Origin: Patescibacteria group bacterium
GTDB lineage: Bacteria; Patescibacteriota; Patescibacteriia; UM-FILTER-42-10
Length of the DNA stretch: 64,000 nt
NCBI GenBank assembly: GCA_018825385.1
Contig: JAHJEX010000071.1
Coordinates: 1,547 to 65,546 of the forward strand
Direction: 5' to 3'
Part shown: piece by piece, positions 27,436-39,700 of the stretch
How positions within the stretch are numbered: position 1 is the first letter of the stretch
Layout of the letters: every line of letters starts with the position of its first letter
Position numbers and translations under genes: made by a program
Notes under the pieces: model-generated
What the model was told of the DNA's origin: nothing
What the model saw: only the letters and a program-made list of their open reading frames with translations
The model's database searches: none

Positions 27436-30400
27436 TTAGCTCTGTTCCCCTTTGCCCTTTTCTTCATCTACTGCTCTATCCGTTTTGCCTCCTCTTTCCT
27501 TATTTTCTCCTTTTTCCGCTGAAGCTCCGGTGCCAGACGGACTGCCGGCACTGCCTTTGGGTCTGTTTTCGGCTTTCATTGCCTTTAGTATCTTGCCCAT
27601 AATATGCAGTAATCGCTGTTGTGAAATAGGATCTTGTATTTGCCCTTCGCCCGCATTTTTCATACCACTCTTAAGATCTCCTAAAGTTTTTTCTAAACTA
27701 TCTCTTTTTCCGGGATCACTTATTTTCACAATAGAATCGCTCAATTTATTGACTACTCCACCAAAACTCTTCGTAAGATCGCTTAGGGATTCGACAGTAG
27801 CCATAGCACCGCGTTCTAACTCTCCCGAAATCTTGCCCAAAGCTTCTTCCATACCAGCCAGGTCCATTCCTACTGTGATATCAGAAATATTCTCTCCTAT
27901 CGCCTCCTCAATTGAACCCATATCAATATCCAGTCCTTTAACTGCTGCTACTTTAGCGTTTTTTTCTTCCACAACTTTATCTTGCGTCAGGGTATCAACT
28001 TGTTTACCGTCCTTCAGTTTCTGCCATACCGGTTTTTTATCGGCGCCGACACCTTTGCTCTTTCTATAGGTATGCCCGCCCATTTCAAATTCCTCTCCCG
28101 CTTCAATTTTCTTTGAAACATCAGAATCCATTTCTGTGGCCACCTTCTTGACATCCGGCACTTCAGCTTCCTTAACTTTCTTTTTAAGATTAATTGGTTC
28201 CCGTTTTTCTTTATTTGCTTTCTCATTTTCGTTATCCTGCGCAAGGCCCTCCCAGCCCTCGTCAATAGGAATGGCTCTGCCAACATCCTTTCTTTCACCT
28301 CTATGCGCCATATTCCAGACTGCTCGCATAATATTAGGGTTTTGATCATATAGTTTTTTCCAGTTTTCCAGTTTCTCCGGAGAAGTCGGCATACCATCAG
28401 CATCAAAAAATGCGTTCTCTTCCCCTATGCCGTTAATCGTCCCGGAAAGAATCTGAGGCACTCTGGTTTGGAGATGGTGGATTTCCGCTACCATCTGAGG
28501 GGTTAGTATTTCTGACAGCATTCTTTTCTGATATCCTGTCATATTTTCAGGATCAAGGTCATAGTTCCATTTCCCATCTTCATCTTTCACCTGGGATACG
28601 AAATTATGAGGCGCCATGTTTTGAATCAGTCCTCTAGTACCCTGCTTTCGCGCTTCACCTTTCACCTCTTCTATCTTTTGATCATCGCTCATCATATAAT
28701 ATTTACCGGTCTCAGGATTCAAGTTAGTTGTAACCTGCTCCCAATGACCAACTTTTCTGGCCCCCTGACTGAGGGCAAAAAGGGTGCTCAGCCGCGCCTG
28801 ATCAATGTCCGATGCGTCAGCGGCACTGTCTCTGGCCGTGTCTTCCACATGTGTTCTGTTTTGTGCCGCAATTGTCCTGGCTTGTTTACGGCCGGATTTT
28901 GTTTCCAGATCCAAATTATTTTCCTTGGCAATATCGTTCAAGTTTAGTTTCAGTCCTTTTCTCGCAGCGATAGCATTAGGATCAAATTTTTCTCTGTCTA
29001 ATCCCATATAGTGCATTGCAAATATTTTCTGTGTTTCTTCATTCATAACCCTTGATTGCTCAAAGCCAGTCATAACCACATTACCTTCCTCATCTTTTTT
29101 GTCCTCAAAACCCCACTCCTTGGCATCTTGTTCAGTCTTCACATAATGATCCATGAAATGGGTAAAAACATCATCCATATTGCCTTTTCCAGTGGCCATT
29201 TCCAAAATAGCCATCCGAGTATCCTCACCCTGCGTACCGCCCTGTTTCCAGCCTCGATCGGCAAATTCCATCATCTTTTCTTTGGCATCTGTAGACGAAC
29301 CCATTGCCTGATTAATATCAGATATACGCTGGTTAATGACTTTACGGCGCGCTTCTTCTGCTCTTGGAAATGCCGCTCCCTTTCTCTCTTCAGTTTTAGC
29401 AAATAAACCGTACCCTTTAAATGTGTTCTTCAGTCTGTCGCCCATGCCCGGCACCCATTCCTGCATAATCTTTTCCATCGCCTCTTCACCTTTACCTGCT
29501 GTTTTTGTATCCTCTATTTCTTTCAGCTTTCTTCCTCTTTCGCCCATACCCTTCCAGAAAGCCGGAGATACAATCGGGACTTTCTCCTGAATTTTTCGGC
29601 CAATTGCCCCGCGCGGTCTTTGGGTAACTCTCCAACCCACTGAAAAAGGTTTAGTAAATGCGCCAACACCCATTGATTTCAGCTTGCCGGGAAAACTACC
29701 AAGAGTTGAACCGCCCATTACACCCAACTGTTGGGTTAACATAATGCCGGTAATAAGTAAGGCAATCGTAATGATGTAGTTGAACATATTCTGAGTTGTC
29801 ATGATTGCTGTCGCACCCTTAGGTAGATCTGCCGATTTGCCATCGGTTTCTATAGCGCCAATAGTACCTCCCAGATCTCCACCGCCGCCGCCTTCCAGTT
29901 CAGAAAGATTAATAGGCATCCCGGCACTGGTAGAAATAATAGAAAGTGATAGCCATAGAAAAAATGCCAAGATTGGGCCGGAAATTAAATTTTTTCCCAA
30001 TGACTGCCACCACTGAGAAGCGTAACGCGATGTATTGGGCAATACAGAGGCAATAAATGCGACCGGGGAAAGAATGACCAGAATCCAAAGCATCAAAATT
30101 CTTGCAACAATAATTATCAACATAGCAATTATTACGGCAATTGCTACTACCAACATAGCATTTGCTAAAAAAATCGCTGCAAGCACAGAAAAGAATCCCT
30201 TAAGTCCATCCGTGTCCTGAGCAAAACTAGTCATTTGTGCCAAATTCAAACCTACTGTCAATACTATTGGAGCAGAATCTTTGAATGCGCCAACAAAAGT
30301 CAACATTATTACTTGCGCAGCGTCTATAAACATGCCGGTAATGGTTTTGCTGAAATTGATCAGCACTGCCATAATAATCATTTTAACCAGCAGACTGCGG

Positions 30401-30771
30401 GCATGATAAGACTGAATTTTCAAGATAGTGCCAAAGGCAATCACCATTAATGCAATAATAAACATCATATTGGAAAGATCTCTAACAATTGTCCAACCGA
30501 TGTGCACTGCTGGTGGTGCTTCTAAATTTACAAAATTATTGAAGCTAAATACGCCGACTAACTGTTCGATCAATATACCCAACAATGTTCCAAGCAACTT
30601 CAAAATCATACTGCCAATATCTCCTATCACTCCAATAAGTGCCTTGGAAAAACCCAAATCTGCTGCTTTTGTTACTCCCGGAAAAATCATTCCCACAAAA
30701 ACAACTACCCCCAACACACCAAGTAGGGGCAGAAATTTTTTCCTAAATCGTGATAAGTTCTTCCTAAACAT
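27436..30771 (-). CDS. Polytopic membrane protein, TrbL/VirB6-like N-terminal region with a long charged tail
   Basis: Multiple TM helices; GWTIVRDLSNMMFII; RILMLWILVILSPVAF...WW. Confidence 0.7.
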   Translation of the reverse strand: MFRKNLSRFRKKFLPLLGVLGVVVFVGMIFPGVTKAADLGFSKALIGVIGDIGSMILKLLGTLLGILIEQLVGVFSFNNFVNLEAPPAVHIGWTIVRDLSNMMFIIALMVIAFGTILKIQSYHARSLLVKMIIMAVLINFSKTITGMFIDAAQVIMLTFVGAFKDSAPIVLTVGLNLAQMTSFAQDTDGLKGFFSVLAAIFLANAMLVVAIAVIIAMLIIIVARILMLWILVILSPVAFIASVLPNTSRYASQWWQSLGKNLISGPILAFFLWLSLSIISTSAGMPINLSELEGGGGGDLGGTIGAIETDGKSADLPKGATAIMTTQNMFNYIITIALLITGIMLTQQLGVMGGSTLGSFPGKLKSMGVGAFTKPFSVGWRVTQRPRGAIGRKIQEKVPIVSPAFWKGMGERGRKLKEIEDTKTAGKGEEAMEKIMQEWVPGMGDRLKNTFKGYGLFAKTEERKGAAFPRAEEARRKVINQRISDINQAMGSSTDAKEKMMEFADRGWKQGGTQGEDTRMAILEMATGKGNMDDVFTHFMDHYVKTEQDAKEWGFEDKKDEEGNVVMTGFEQSRVMNEETQKIFAMHYMGLDREKFDPNAIAARKGLKLNLNDIAKENNLDLETKSGRKQARTIAAQNRTHVEDTARDSAADASDIDQARLSTLFALSQGARKVGHWEQVTTNLNPETGKYYMMSDDQKIEEVKGEARKQGTRGLIQNMAPHNFVSQVKDEDGKWNYDLDPENMTGYQKRMLSEILTPQMVAEIHHLQTRVPQILSGTINGIGEENAFFDADGMPTSPEKLENWKKLYDQNPNIMRAVWNMAHRGERKDVGRAIPIDEGWEGLAQDNENEKANKEKREPINLKKKVKEAEVPDVKKVATEMDSDVSKKIEAGEEFEMGGHTYRKSKGVGADKKPVWQKLKDGKQVDTLTQDKVVEEKNAKVAAVKGLDIDMGSIEEAIGENISDITVGMDLAGMEEALGKISGELERGAMATVESLSDLTKSFGGVVNKLSDSIVKISDPGKRDSLEKTLGDLKSGMKNAGEGQIQDPISQQRLLHIMGKILKAMKAENRPKGSAGSPSGTGASAEKGENKERGGKTDRAVDEEKGKGEQS

Positions 30772-30790
30772 ATTTCGGCTGTATATGAGT

Positions 30791-33700
30791 TTAGCTTGGA
30801 TAGACAGTAATTACTCCGTCAAACCCCTGATAGTCACGAACACCGATACTGCAATCTCGACTACCTGAATCGGTTTCCGGTTGGTCGTTACAGAATCCCC
30901 AGTTGTCGATCAACATTATTTCTATATTATAGTTTAGTATCCCCCCCGGAGCATCATAGGTGTGAGACATTAAGTGTGGCTGGCTTGGGTCAGATTTTGG
31001 CGCACCATTCCACATAATATGACTTGTGGAAGTATCGCCCCAATCCACAACTATATGCTTTAATGCTTCCTGTTCCGGATCAACAAAGCTATTGAAAGTT
31101 AAGGTAACTGATCCTCCACCAAATAATTCCACATCACCGGTTGCACCATTTACAAGTACATTATCAATCGTAGGCAGAATCCCGCATAGGTCAGTTTCTC
31201 CTGGTAATCCCGGCCAAGTCGGGCGTGGTCCCAAGCCTGCATTACAACTGTCCCCAGGGAGAGCACAATCTGTGTCATTAACACATGCTGCACCGGAAAT
31301 ATCACATTCCATATTGCAAAGTGGCATTGTCACGAAAGCATCATTCCAATTTTGCGCCCATACAGCTGTATTGGTTATATCCTGATAACTACCCGTACCA
31401 TCATCCCAGCGCCAAGCACCATAAATATAACCGAAAATTCTTTGCAATCTTTCTATCGCCCAGTCATCTCCGGTAGGATCAGTTGGTCCATCTCCTCTTC
31501 CTCTTACCTCCGATCCAACGCATGAACCGCCATTAATATCTATACAATCCTGATCAATTTCACACGCAACCGTTTGGGCATCACTGCAGAACCCAACACC
31601 CACGCATACACCGCGATCATCTGCCGTACCGCCGCAATCAGCGTCAGTTGAACATGGATACTGGACGCTACGATGCGCTGTATCATAATCACCGCCAAAA
31701 CAAACTTTTGGTACACAGTCACCATCACAACTATATGGCCTGCCTGATCTTTGATTGTTGAAAGCAGGTAGCGGATAATTATCAAAATTATCAACATACA
31801 GCGGATTTAAAAGTTGCTGATCCCCCATACTGTCCCAAGTTTGTCCGGGATCATCTCCCTGCCCCGCTACGATCGCACCGAATGGCGCAGAGTCCGAACT
31901 ATAAGTGTATAAAAGTTCGGGAATTACATAAGAGCTGGTATTAGCGGTCCGCTGAGCCCATGCCTTATCATCAGTTGGGCTTACAACTTTTGCGATTTCT
32001 TTGCACGAATCACGCAAATATATGTATCCCATTACCCACATTCCTCCGAAATTCGTGCTACCGTCGCTCATATGGACAAAATAGCTTTCTATCGTCTTAT
32101 CAACGGAGTCAAAATTAACTTTTACTTCAAAACAGTTCAGGTCTTGGCAATTGATTGACTCACCTGGATCTTTGTTCCAGCCACCCTGATCGCCTAAAAT
32201 ATGCCAGCCATTTTCGGCATTGGCCACCCAGGTATAGGCATTACTGGGCCAGTCACCATGCGACGATCTTTGCTGGACCCATTCGATCCGGTCAATTTCC
32301 CACTCGTGGTAGTTTACATCTTCACCAATTGCCGCGACTGTCCGGTTGATTCCGTTGCCACCGGTGCAGCTGACCCATCCGTAAAACCCGGCCGCCGCCC
32401 CTCCCGGAAGCATCTGCCGTCCGCCGCAGGATGCGACAGACCTTAACTGCGGTATATTTTCCAGAGACCCACAAGCATAGTCGCCACTACAACCTTGATT
32501 AATATAATTCCAAGGGATATCGCATTCCGCATTCAGCCAGTTAGTCTGTACCGGACGGCGATAACCATAAGCTTGTTCCACTAAACCTGTTCTCACATTG
32601 TTTTCACCGCAAAAATCCTGCGTATCTATATTGCCGGGGAGAGTGCGCGTCGTATCGTCAAAATTGCCACTTGCCTCCACACACATATATAGAGGCCTAC
32701 GGCCTTTGTAGCCGGCCGGCTCCACCGTGCCGAACACGCTGGATTCACCAGAAATTACATCAACCGGCCACCAAGTGATACACTTATTAGCATTGGTTGG
32801 ATCCGTTTCAATACAATACCCTTGCCAGCCGTTGAATTCTACCAGGTCACTATTGGTATATTGGCACTTTTCAGAGTCTTCACGCGGATAGGCGCGACAA
32901 GAACGCACTATATAGGCTTCATCGCCGTCTGTAGTAGAAAGGTTTGCCGCCGGCACTATTGTAAAACCAGCTGCTCCTGCCGGTCGCCAGGTGAAAATCA
33001 TTTGAGCATCACCCAAATTTTGGTAATATTCAACCATTATCGGATGCCAGCCAGCATCAAGGCCGAATAGGGTTACAGAATTGTTATTATCTCCATCATT
33101 CCAATCATCCAGAACAGGATTTGCCAGATCATCAATATAAAAACGTAATCCATCATTTGTATTGAATTGGAAACCATAGTTGCCGGCAGTTTCTAATAAG
33201 ATTTGCCCGGTCCAGCGTACCGCCACTTGCTCATCCGTTCCGGCTTGGTCATTGAGATGATTAGCCATCGCCGGAACAGAGTAGTCTAAGTTGTTACTAA
33301 CATATGTTCCTAAGTAACTACCAAAAACCCGTTCAAGTTCCGTAGTTAAACTGCTCTGCGGAATCAGATAGCTGTTTGGAATAGCTGTAATTCGGTTCCA
33401 GTCTGGATGGGCCATTCCTTCAACTACTGATGTAGCTGAGTTGTTTGTCCAAGCAATTGGCGATATTTCTCCGTCTCCATTAGCGTCCCATGCATACTCA
33501 ACGCAGAATGGGTTAGGTATTCCTCCTCCGCAATCAGAAGGATCCCATTGTCCGGTAACCCAGCCAAGTTGTAAGCCACCATATGCACCTTCTGCATTAT
33601 TAAACTCTATTTTTATTGGATGCCAACCTGCTGTGAAGTACTCGGAATACATAAATCCTAAAGTTGGAATATTACCCCAGGCGCTGACTATTTCTGCACC

Positions 33701-36700
33701 GGGTGATAAATCATCTACCCAGATTCTTACTCCATCATTTACATTGAAGAAAAGAGTATAAATTCCTGACGAGGGGAAATTTATACCACCTTCCCATCTT
33801 GCAGAACTTCCTTCAATTATGAGATCATTATTATTTGGTACAAAAGCCTGCATTTCTCCAGGAATAGTAACGAATCTATCCGCATTACCACAAAGACAGC
33901 AAATACTATCTGGTATACTACAATCTATTGCTGCTGGAGATTCGTCATAACATGCCACGCACGGCTCATACCAGTTAATCATTGGTACCTCGTATGGATT
34001 TGCAGCGCACGGCACCGATAGATTGGTATCTGTAAAACACTCCTCATTAAGACCGGGAACGCTGGTAACTGTAGGTTGGTACACATGTGTAAAATAATCA
34101 CCTCGAATACCGGGCGAATCAAAAGCCTTCACCGCCAGCGCCGGTTTCATGGAAACATTATCTAATGCGAATGAAATATTTCCGCCCATATTTCTGATTA
34201 GTAAAAAGGTCTGCGCATTTTCGTCCGGTAGGCCGGTAACTTCGACCGGTTCTAGCACCTGCTGTGTCCACCCCGTAGAACCGTTAAAATAACCCAGAAG
34301 ATTTTCACCAACAATATTTACACCATCAAACTGGGCCAGTGAAACAGCTATTTCTTCACTGCCTTCCTGAGGAAGGTATTCAAATCGAAAATCAAAGCTG
34401 GCAATATATTCAGTATTATTTAGAATATTTGATCCCAGATCTACCTTTACACCTAATCCAACAAACGAACAACTACCACCCCCGGTACATTCTGAACCTG
34501 CTAAGATACAAGTTGTTCCTTCATTATCAGATGCATCGTCACAAACTCCCAGCGCCCCAGCTTTATAAAGAAGATAGTTGTTCTCATCTAGTGCGGCATT
34601 GCCCAACGTCTCTTCACCTTCTACTACTATAATTTCACTATCAAGTGCAGGGAAAATTGGCGACCAGGACGGATCCTCATTTACATCTTTGCAGTTAGCA
34701 GTATCTGTTAATTCTTCATTTGGTATGCAATGAGCATCAACAATACAGGAATCACCTTTGTTCTCTTGCTCGTCATCACATACCATAAAGCCTTCTATTG
34801 CATCTGATTCAAAATCTCCAAATTGCACCAAATCTTTGGTTATTGCACCGCCCATTCCTACTTCAAACATTTCTGAATATGGATACAAGCCTTCTATAAT
34901 ATGACATTCTTCACCAAGAGGCCCCGCACAATCCGTAAGCTCCGTCGCTACTGTGCAGGAAACAGAATGATCGTCCTTACATCCATATTGAAGTCCGGCA
35001 CTGACAAATCCGGAAAGGTTTTGGAAATCGTCAAATGGATACGCTCCCGTATCACCGGTTACATTTGCTGGGGGAGTGGTTACCGTACCAGCACATAGAC
35101 CCCCCGGTCCAAGCTCATCACACAGACCTATTTCAAAACATACATCTTCTTTCGTCTTTCCATCACCATCCAAATCTAATTCATCATCAACTTCAAATGA
35201 TGTTTTACAATAAAGCCATTCATCACATACCCTGTCTCTTCTTACTTTAAGAACAGTGTTGGAATCATTATAAGGACTACTATTCGCTGTATATAGTGGA
35301 TTACATGAACCACCGAGACATTCAGCTCCCGTAGCAGTACAAGGATCTCCTGGGTTTGTGCCACCAGAACATGTGCCATATCTGCCCAGCACCGGCGGTC
35401 CGAATTCAGGATTCTCTATACAAATGCCCGTTGGCGGACTGCAATCAACATCAGTTTCACACTCTTGACCATAAAAAGTTACGTCACTAGGATCCAGATT
35501 ACAGTATTTTTTCAGGCCATCCGGACTGAGGTCGGCCGAATAATTAATTGACTGTGACGTATCGTTAAATAATTTACATCCTTTTTCTTCGTTGACTACG
35601 CCATTGCAACTGGTTGCATCAACCGTTCTGTCTATATAGTAATAGGTTTCACATCCGGGTAATCCTCCTACACTTTCTGCGCAATTCTCATCAAATAGCA
35701 CTCCGTTTTCATATGGACAGTTTGGTTGACAGCCAACCGGATCCACTGGATCACGATATGCTTCACATCCGTCAAATTCTGCTTCACAAACACCCACCCA
35801 TGGTATGCATCGGCTGCCATTCGTGCATTCAACTGGATTATCAGGGTTGCAGACAGTTCCTGCTGGCAATGCCGGGCTTCCTCCTTCACAAACAAAAGCA
35901 GGAATAGCAGGATTAGGCGGAGTGTCAGTCTTGTCGCAAAGTTCTTCTGTTCCGACAATATACCAGTCAAGAACATATGATCCTAATAGCTGCTTATACT
36001 CGCATAAACGACCGGCTGGATCTTTGAAAAATGTTTTTCCGGTACTGCCCGAGAATCCAAACTCTTCACATCCGACCTCTGAGTGTGCACACCATATATC
36101 AGAATACTGATCGGCATTATCTTTTAGATACACCGTATCATATCCGGTTATGTTGTTACGCTCATCAAATACAGGCTCACCCAATTCCGCACAGCCTTTA
36201 TCGCTAGATGAACAACGCACTTCCTCTTTATTAATAAACCTGACTGTCTCGTCTGGTGGAATGGTAATGAAGCTCTGAGTCTGTAGCGGATCACCATAGT
36301 CTTCTGAGAAAGGACTAGAAGTATTCATTGTATCTATGAGCGCTTCACATCCTGCTACATTTTCTTCACATAATTTGGAAAATGATTTTAGGTAATGGAT
36401 ATTTCCGTCACTATCTGAATACGCTTCACAATTTTCAGATCCATAGCATGTTCTAAATGAATCGCGCACTAGATACTGGCTATTTGTTGTTTCTACCAGT
36501 TCAATGTTATCAAGATATATCTGATTTCCAACACTTAAAATTTGTAGACTGCTTGGTAGTCCGGTCCAACCTGCCGGATCAGATATATCTATAGTTACCG
36601 GACCAAGTCTAAACTCTTGCCATTCCGGCACAAGAGTAACTGTAGGTGGAAGTGTTAAAACGGTCTGATCGGCAAACCAAGTATTGCCATTTGCACCCGC

Positions 36701-39700
36701 TACTGTATCAAATCTGACAGTTATCGTTTCTGAAGCTGCGGGAGTCATTCCCCAGAATCTTAATTCATATGTTTTGCCGTCTTCTACTGTCACTGTTTTA
36801 TCAATATCAGTATTAACATTAGAAGCCAATGAGTGCCCACCCGCTATTACTGAATTAGTGCTTACTGTTGCTGGTGTCCAACCCTGAGTAGTACCGTCTT
36901 CAAAATCATCAAAAAATATTTGTCGATAGTTGTAGCCAGAATTTCCCAGATATTCCCTACAGCCCATAAATTCTTGCGGACAAGCTCTACTTTCACTTGG
37001 AATACCATAATAAATGTCTTCATCTATACTGTTTCTTTCAGGGTGACAATCATCTGAAACAGTGATGGTTTGTGATTTATATCTATAAAATACATTTAAG
37101 CTTGCATCAAAGAATTGTGTGCAATCAGGGTTGGTTCCATATTCATTTGTTCCTGCAGGACCACAGTCAATTACAGTATTCGATCCATCTTCACAATCTA
37201 AAGGAAGTGTTGGACCCACTTCTAAATGAGTACAAGGTGCATATGGTAGGCCTATATCACTCTGTTTCAGTCTAAATGCTCTCAACTGATAACCGGCTAC
37301 GGCATCCCCTTCCCAAGCATAGTAAGGAGCAGTATTTATTTCACCTGGAAGAACACATTGTTTTAGATATGTATAATATTCTTTACCTTCGCCACCATCT
37401 GCTACTTCATCTAGATTTGTGTATTCTTCACACCCGACATATGCCGCAGAACATTGTAGACCGGTATTTGGAATGAAAGATATGCTAGGAAAGCAGTATC
37501 CAGTACCGCAATCCAGGCTCGTTAAACATGCTTCTCCCTCATTCCCACCGCCATGACAATAATTGCCAGAACGCTCTATGTGATTTGGATTAGGAACAAT
37601 GGTAGTTAATGGTACTTCCTCAAATGCCTTGCACCCTACATCCTGGCTTGGACACTGATCAGAAGGTGTAATCTGTGCCGGTATTTGATCTCCGCCAGCA
37701 AGCGGGTCATACCACTGACAACCTACATCATCCGGATCACATGTATCTCTTTCTCCGGTTAGATATATCCTGTTTACAGTTCCATAATCAGCATATTGGC
37801 CGGCGCTACTTGATTCTTCTAACATGACCGCGTCATACAACATGTCACAGACACTATCTGCATAAAAACGGACATCAAGCGTTTGTTCAGAAGCAACTAT
37901 CGTGTCAGGAAGGTTTACAGTGACCTCATACCTTTGCCATTGATCACTTACGTTATCAATAGCTGTTGAAGAAGATTCTATGAACCCAGTATTTCCAACA
38001 TCTACCTGACCATCATTGTTGCAAGCAGTTGGATCAAGAGACATGGCATAAACTGAAAATGTAAATGATCTTCCCCTGATAGGAGATCCCGTATTAAATG
38101 AAGACATTATTCCTTCACTGAGTGGTGCGCCAGGAAGCATGCTAAGTGCTGTTATGCCAGAGAAAGGTATAACGCCTGGGGTATCTGGGGTAACGGCTTC
38201 TATAGAAGTACCCCCTATCGGCACCCATGCATCAAATGTGTTAGAAACCAGATTGTCCGGATCGCCTGTGTAGTATTCAAAGCTAGCATTGTTGATTAAA
38301 TTTGTGCCGTGGGTTGTTCTTATGTATTCATTACATCCGGCTACATCAGCAGTACAGGTTTCGGCACCGGCAGTAAGATGTGACATCCAATCTCTATAAT
38401 CCGGCCCAGGAGTATAAACAAGCCCCCATGGATCAAAGAGTCCATCTGACCACATGCTATAATCATCATTATTTACATCATCCCAATAACATTCCCACCT
38501 GTCATCAACCTCATTGTATTCTTTACAATACCATTGGCAGCCGACATTATCAGCGGAACATCCGTTGAAGTCGAGCGTGTCCCTTAGATAGGAATCCGGT
38601 TGTCCTTGACTGTCAATATAAGTTGTACATGTATTGTAATAGTCAGGACACGAATCTCCTCCGAAGCGCCAGATAGGATCCTCTTTTGTGCAGTAACCGT
38701 ATTGCTGACAGTTACCCGCCTCGTCTTCTGATAAACATGATTGATCGTCAACGCAGGAAGTGTTGCGTTGAATTTGACGTACTTTCGGAGTTTCACTTTT
38801 TCCATCGGCATCAAGATATTCATCAAAGAGGAAAGTCTCGCCATAACCACTATTTACACACTGGCTTGCCGGTGCTTTCAAAACCCAGTCCGGATCTATC
38901 AACTGATAGTATTGTGAAGATTCATCATCAAATTCCCTTATCAGATCATTAAGACTTCTAGCCCCGCCACCATATTCTCTGATATATGAAGCAGCCAGTT
39001 CCCAACTGACAGGTACCACTCTATGCCTTCTAAGAAGAACCAGGCTGCGGTAAGGATACCCTTCTGTATAATTCAACTGGGAACCACCATCTCCATAGCC
39101 AAACGGCTTGTTTCCGTTTATATATCCCCGGTCAATCGCCTCTTCTAAACGGAGTTGCTGTTCCACTGCTGTACGGAAACTGGCATCAATAACACAGTTC
39201 TCCGGCTCTGCAAAACTTGTAGGACATGAAGAAAGGGTATTTAAAATATCCACTGATCCACCCGCACTAAGGTTGGGCTGATTGAACGAAGCAAATTTTG
39301 CTTCCGCTGCAGCAATGCTCGAGGTTCTTCCAAATTGTCCCCCGTATTGCGAAGAAGTACTGTCTGCCGCCGGATTCAAACCTTTAACAAGAATGAATTC
39401 CATGTACTTTTTAACCAGTGTATTGGTAAACACGCCAACCATGTCAGCTATAATACTGCCTGTATTTGTTTCTTCTGCCGTAGTTGTTTGGGATAAAGCA
39501 AAATTTTGGGTTGCCTCAATTGTAGCCGCGGGCGTCTTTGTTCGACCGGTAATTGCACTCACTAAATCCTTAAAGCCTTTTTCTTGTGATGCAGCTTCTG
39601 CTGTTTCAGCTTCAAATTTTTTTTCTACTGCCCCTTTATAAACTGTTAAATATTGGCCTACGTTAGTTTGCTCATCGCCCCACATATTAGGAAATTCTTT